Assembly: GCF_963921235.1 (NCBI RefSeq) | Contig: NC_086097.1 | Location: 21,578,001 to 21,642,000 of the forward strand | DNA from: Mobula hypostoma | Lineage: Eukaryota | DNA length: 64,000 bases | Direction of reading: 5' to 3' | Shown: in pieces, positions 61,401 to 64,000 of the stretch | Layout: each line of letters starts with the position of its first letter | Numbering within the stretch: the stretch's first letter is position 1 | The notes under the pieces: model-generated | What the model was told of the DNA's origin: nothing | The model's database searches: none | What the model saw: only the letters and a program-made list of their open reading frames with translations | Position numbers and translations under genes: made by a program

Positions 61401-62520
61401 ATTCCCACCCCCCTGCCAAACTAGTTTAAACCCTCCCCAACAGCTCTAGCAAACCTGCCCACCAGAATATTGATAGGAAGTATAGTCGACATTTCGGGCC
61501 TAGGCCCTTTGTCTGTACCCCTTCCTATAGATGCTGCCTGGCCTGCTGTGTTCCACCAGCATTTTATGTGTGTTGCTTGAATTTCCAGCATCTGCAGATT
61601 TTGTCGTGTTGGCATATATAGTATCTAGCAAACCTGCCCGCCAGGATATTGGTCCCTTTCCAGTTCAGGTGCAGCCCCTCCTTTTTGTACAGGTCAGACC
61701 TTCCCCAGGAGAGATCCCAATGATCCAGAAATCTGAACCCCTGCCCCCTGCACCAACTCTTCAGCCACACATTCATCTGCCATAACTTCCTGTTCCTACC
61801 CTCTCTGTCTCGTGGCACAGGCAGCAATCCCGAGATTACCACCCTTGAGGTCCTGCTTTTTATCTTCTTTCCTAACTCCCTATATTCCTTCTTCAGGACC
61901 TCATCCCTAATCCTATCCATGTCATTGGTCCCTACATGGACCACAACATCCGGCTGCTCACCCTCTCTCCTGAGAATACCGAGAACTCAATCCGAGATAT
62001 CGTGGTCCTTGACACCAGGGAGGCAACAGACCATCCAGGAGTCTCGATCTCTCCCACAGAACCTCTTGTCTGTCCCCCTAACTATCGAATTCCCTATCAC
62101 TACTGCTGTCTTTTTTCCCCTCCTTCCTTTGTGAGCTGAGGGTCCAGTCTCGGTGCCAGAGACGCGACCACTACAACTTGTCCCTGGTAGGTTGTCCCCA
62201 CCAACAGTATCCAAAACGGTATACTTATTGTTGATGGGAATGGCCACAGGGGTACACTGCTCATTCTGTCTATTCTCCTTCCCTCTCCTGACAGTCACCC
62301 AGTTACCTGTCTCCTTACTTTTAGGGGTGACTGTCTCCCTGAAACTCCAATCTATTACTGCCTCTGCCTCCCGAATGATCTGAAGTTCATCCAGCTCCAG
62401 CTCCCTAACTCAGTTTGTCAGGAGCTGCAGCTGGATGCACCTTTTACAGGTGTAGTCATCAGAGACAATTGTGCTGTCCTTGACTTCCCACATCTTACAA
62501 TCAGAGTACTGGACTGCCCT
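58452..62520 (-). mobile_element. Near full-length decayed CR1 LINE (ORF1 SGNH, EN, RT, tail)
   Basis: ORFs 61987-62298, 61564-61944 (VHVGTND, GLHLN), 61164-61394, 60844-61098, 59871-60287, 58879-59883 (QGSVLGP, KFVDDTK) and 58650-58949. Confidence 0.93.
61473..61623. mobile_element. Short fold-back PLE insertion with 28-bp target duplication
   Basis: tctagcaaacctgcccaccagaatattg (61445-61472) and tctagcaaacctgcccgccaggatattg (61624-61651). A ~40-nt inverted piece is followed by the PLE terminus. Confidence 0.8.
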
Positions 62521-62689
62521 ATCTACCAACACCTAAGTTAATTAAATTAATTAAAGAAACTTACCTTGTGAGATGCAGATTTTCAATGTTTTAATTCATT
62601 TGAATCTTTAAATATGTTTGAAATTAGCAAAGCCAATGTCTATTTCCATTCCCAATTGCGGCTGAACTCTGTGGTTTTGGGTTGGTCGA

Positions 62690-63800
62690 GAAGATTCGGT
62701 TGCTCAACATTCAAGATGAGGTAGTAAATTTGGTTAGACATTTGCTTTGTGGGAGGAGCCAAGAGTGGTAGTAAAGGGTTACCTCTCTGACGGGAGATCG
62801 GTGACTAGTCGTGTGCCGCAGGGATCGGTGCTGAGTCCGTTGTTGTCTGTCACCTATATCAATGATCTGGGTGATAATGTGGTTAGCTGGGTCAGCAAAT
62901 TTGTGGATGACACCAAGATTGGGGGTGTAGTGGACAGTGAGGAAGGCGTTCGTGGCTTACAGCCGGATCTGGACCAGTTGGAAAAATGGGCAGAAAAATG
63001 GCAGATGGAATTTAACACAGACAGGTACGTGGTGTTGCACTTTGGTAGGACCAACAGGGTAGGTCTTACACAGTGAGTGGTAGGACACTGAGGAGTGTGG
63101 TAGAACAAAGGGATCTGGGAAAACAGGTCCATAATTCCTGGAAAGTGGCGTCACAGGTAGATAGGGTTGTAAAGAAAGCTTTTGGCACATTGGCCTTCAG
63201 GAGGTGGAACGTTATGTTGAAGTTGTGTAAGACGTTGGTGAGGCCTAATCTGGAACATTATGTGCAGTTTTGGTCATCTACCTACAGGAAAGATGTAAAC
63301 AAAGCTGAAAGACTGCAGAGAAAATTTACAAGGATGTTGCTGGATCTGCAGGACCTAAGCTATAAGGAAAGATTGAATAGGTGAGAACTTTATTCCTTGG
63401 AACATAGAAGATTGAGAGAAAACTTGATAGAAGTATACAAAATTTTGAGGAGTATAGATAGAGTAAACGTAAGCAGGGTTTTTCCAGGGAGATTGGGTGG
63501 GACTACATCTAGAGGTCATAGGTTAAGAGTAAAAGATGAAATGTTTAAGGGGAACATGAGGGGAAATTTCTTCAGTTAGAGTGTTGTGAGGGTGTGGAAA
63601 GAGTTGTCAGCAAGTGATGCATGCAAGCTCGATTTCAAAGTTTTAGAGAAGTTTGGACAGGTACACAGTTGGTAGGGAAATGGAAGGCTATGGTCTTGGT
63701 GCAGGTCATGGGAGTAGGCAGTTTAGATGGTTTTGTGCAGTATAGGTGGGCTGAAGGGCCAATTTCTGTGTTGTACTTTTCAATGGCTCTATGACTCTAA
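62690..63800 (+). mobile_element. CR1 RT 3' half and tail
   Basis: VPQGSVLSP, KFVDDTK, RPNLEHYVQFWS, SRGHRL. Tail gggctgaagggcc. Confidence 0.9.
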
Positions 63801-64000
63801 CTGCTGTGTCTGCAGTTTCACATCCAGATCAGACCAGGCAGATTCCAGTGCTCTCATGGCCACTGCTACTGATGATAAGTTTTTACTGGATAACGATTGA
63901 GTTCGAGAGCTATGATGTAATGTTGCAGCTATACAATACTCTTGTTCGACCACACTTGGAGTATAGTGTTTGGTTCTGCTCCCCTCATGTTAGGAAGGAT

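Overview
Eukaryotic, repeat-saturated vertebrate DNA. The repeat complement (CR1 LINEs with SGNH-esterase ORF1, V-domain tRNA-SINEs with CR1-type tails, Rex1/Babar-type LINEs, Penelope-like elements) points to a cartilaginous fish, which is an inference. The only host coding sequence I can support is one 159-nt, phase 0/0 exon of ADCK1 (UbiB/ABC1 atypical kinase) at 27329-27487 (+), which the ORF track misses. I did not find the neighbouring ADCK1 exons, so the window is probably two very large introns filled with nested transposons: CR1, Rex1/Babar, RTE, Gypsy, Penelope-like (PLE), Tigger, Tc1 and hAT MITEs, and a 23-bp minisatellite. Main findings: (i) four independent TSD-flanked fold-back insertions derived from a PLE 3' end that carries a minimal hammerhead ribozyme motif, the youngest a perfect 90-bp inverted repeat; (ii) a second hammerhead family with TATA/CCAAT boxes; (iii) a twister-ribozyme-like fold near the 5' end of a short TSD-flanked retroelement; (iv) a Trp in the A-rich loop of ADCK1, with a LINE tail abutting its splice acceptor; (v) a local inverted duplication that includes unique flank; (vi) composite Tigger-in-hAT MITEs; (vii) a 97-unit minisatellite with no net indel. 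Boundaries of old repeats are approximate, and no database search was run.
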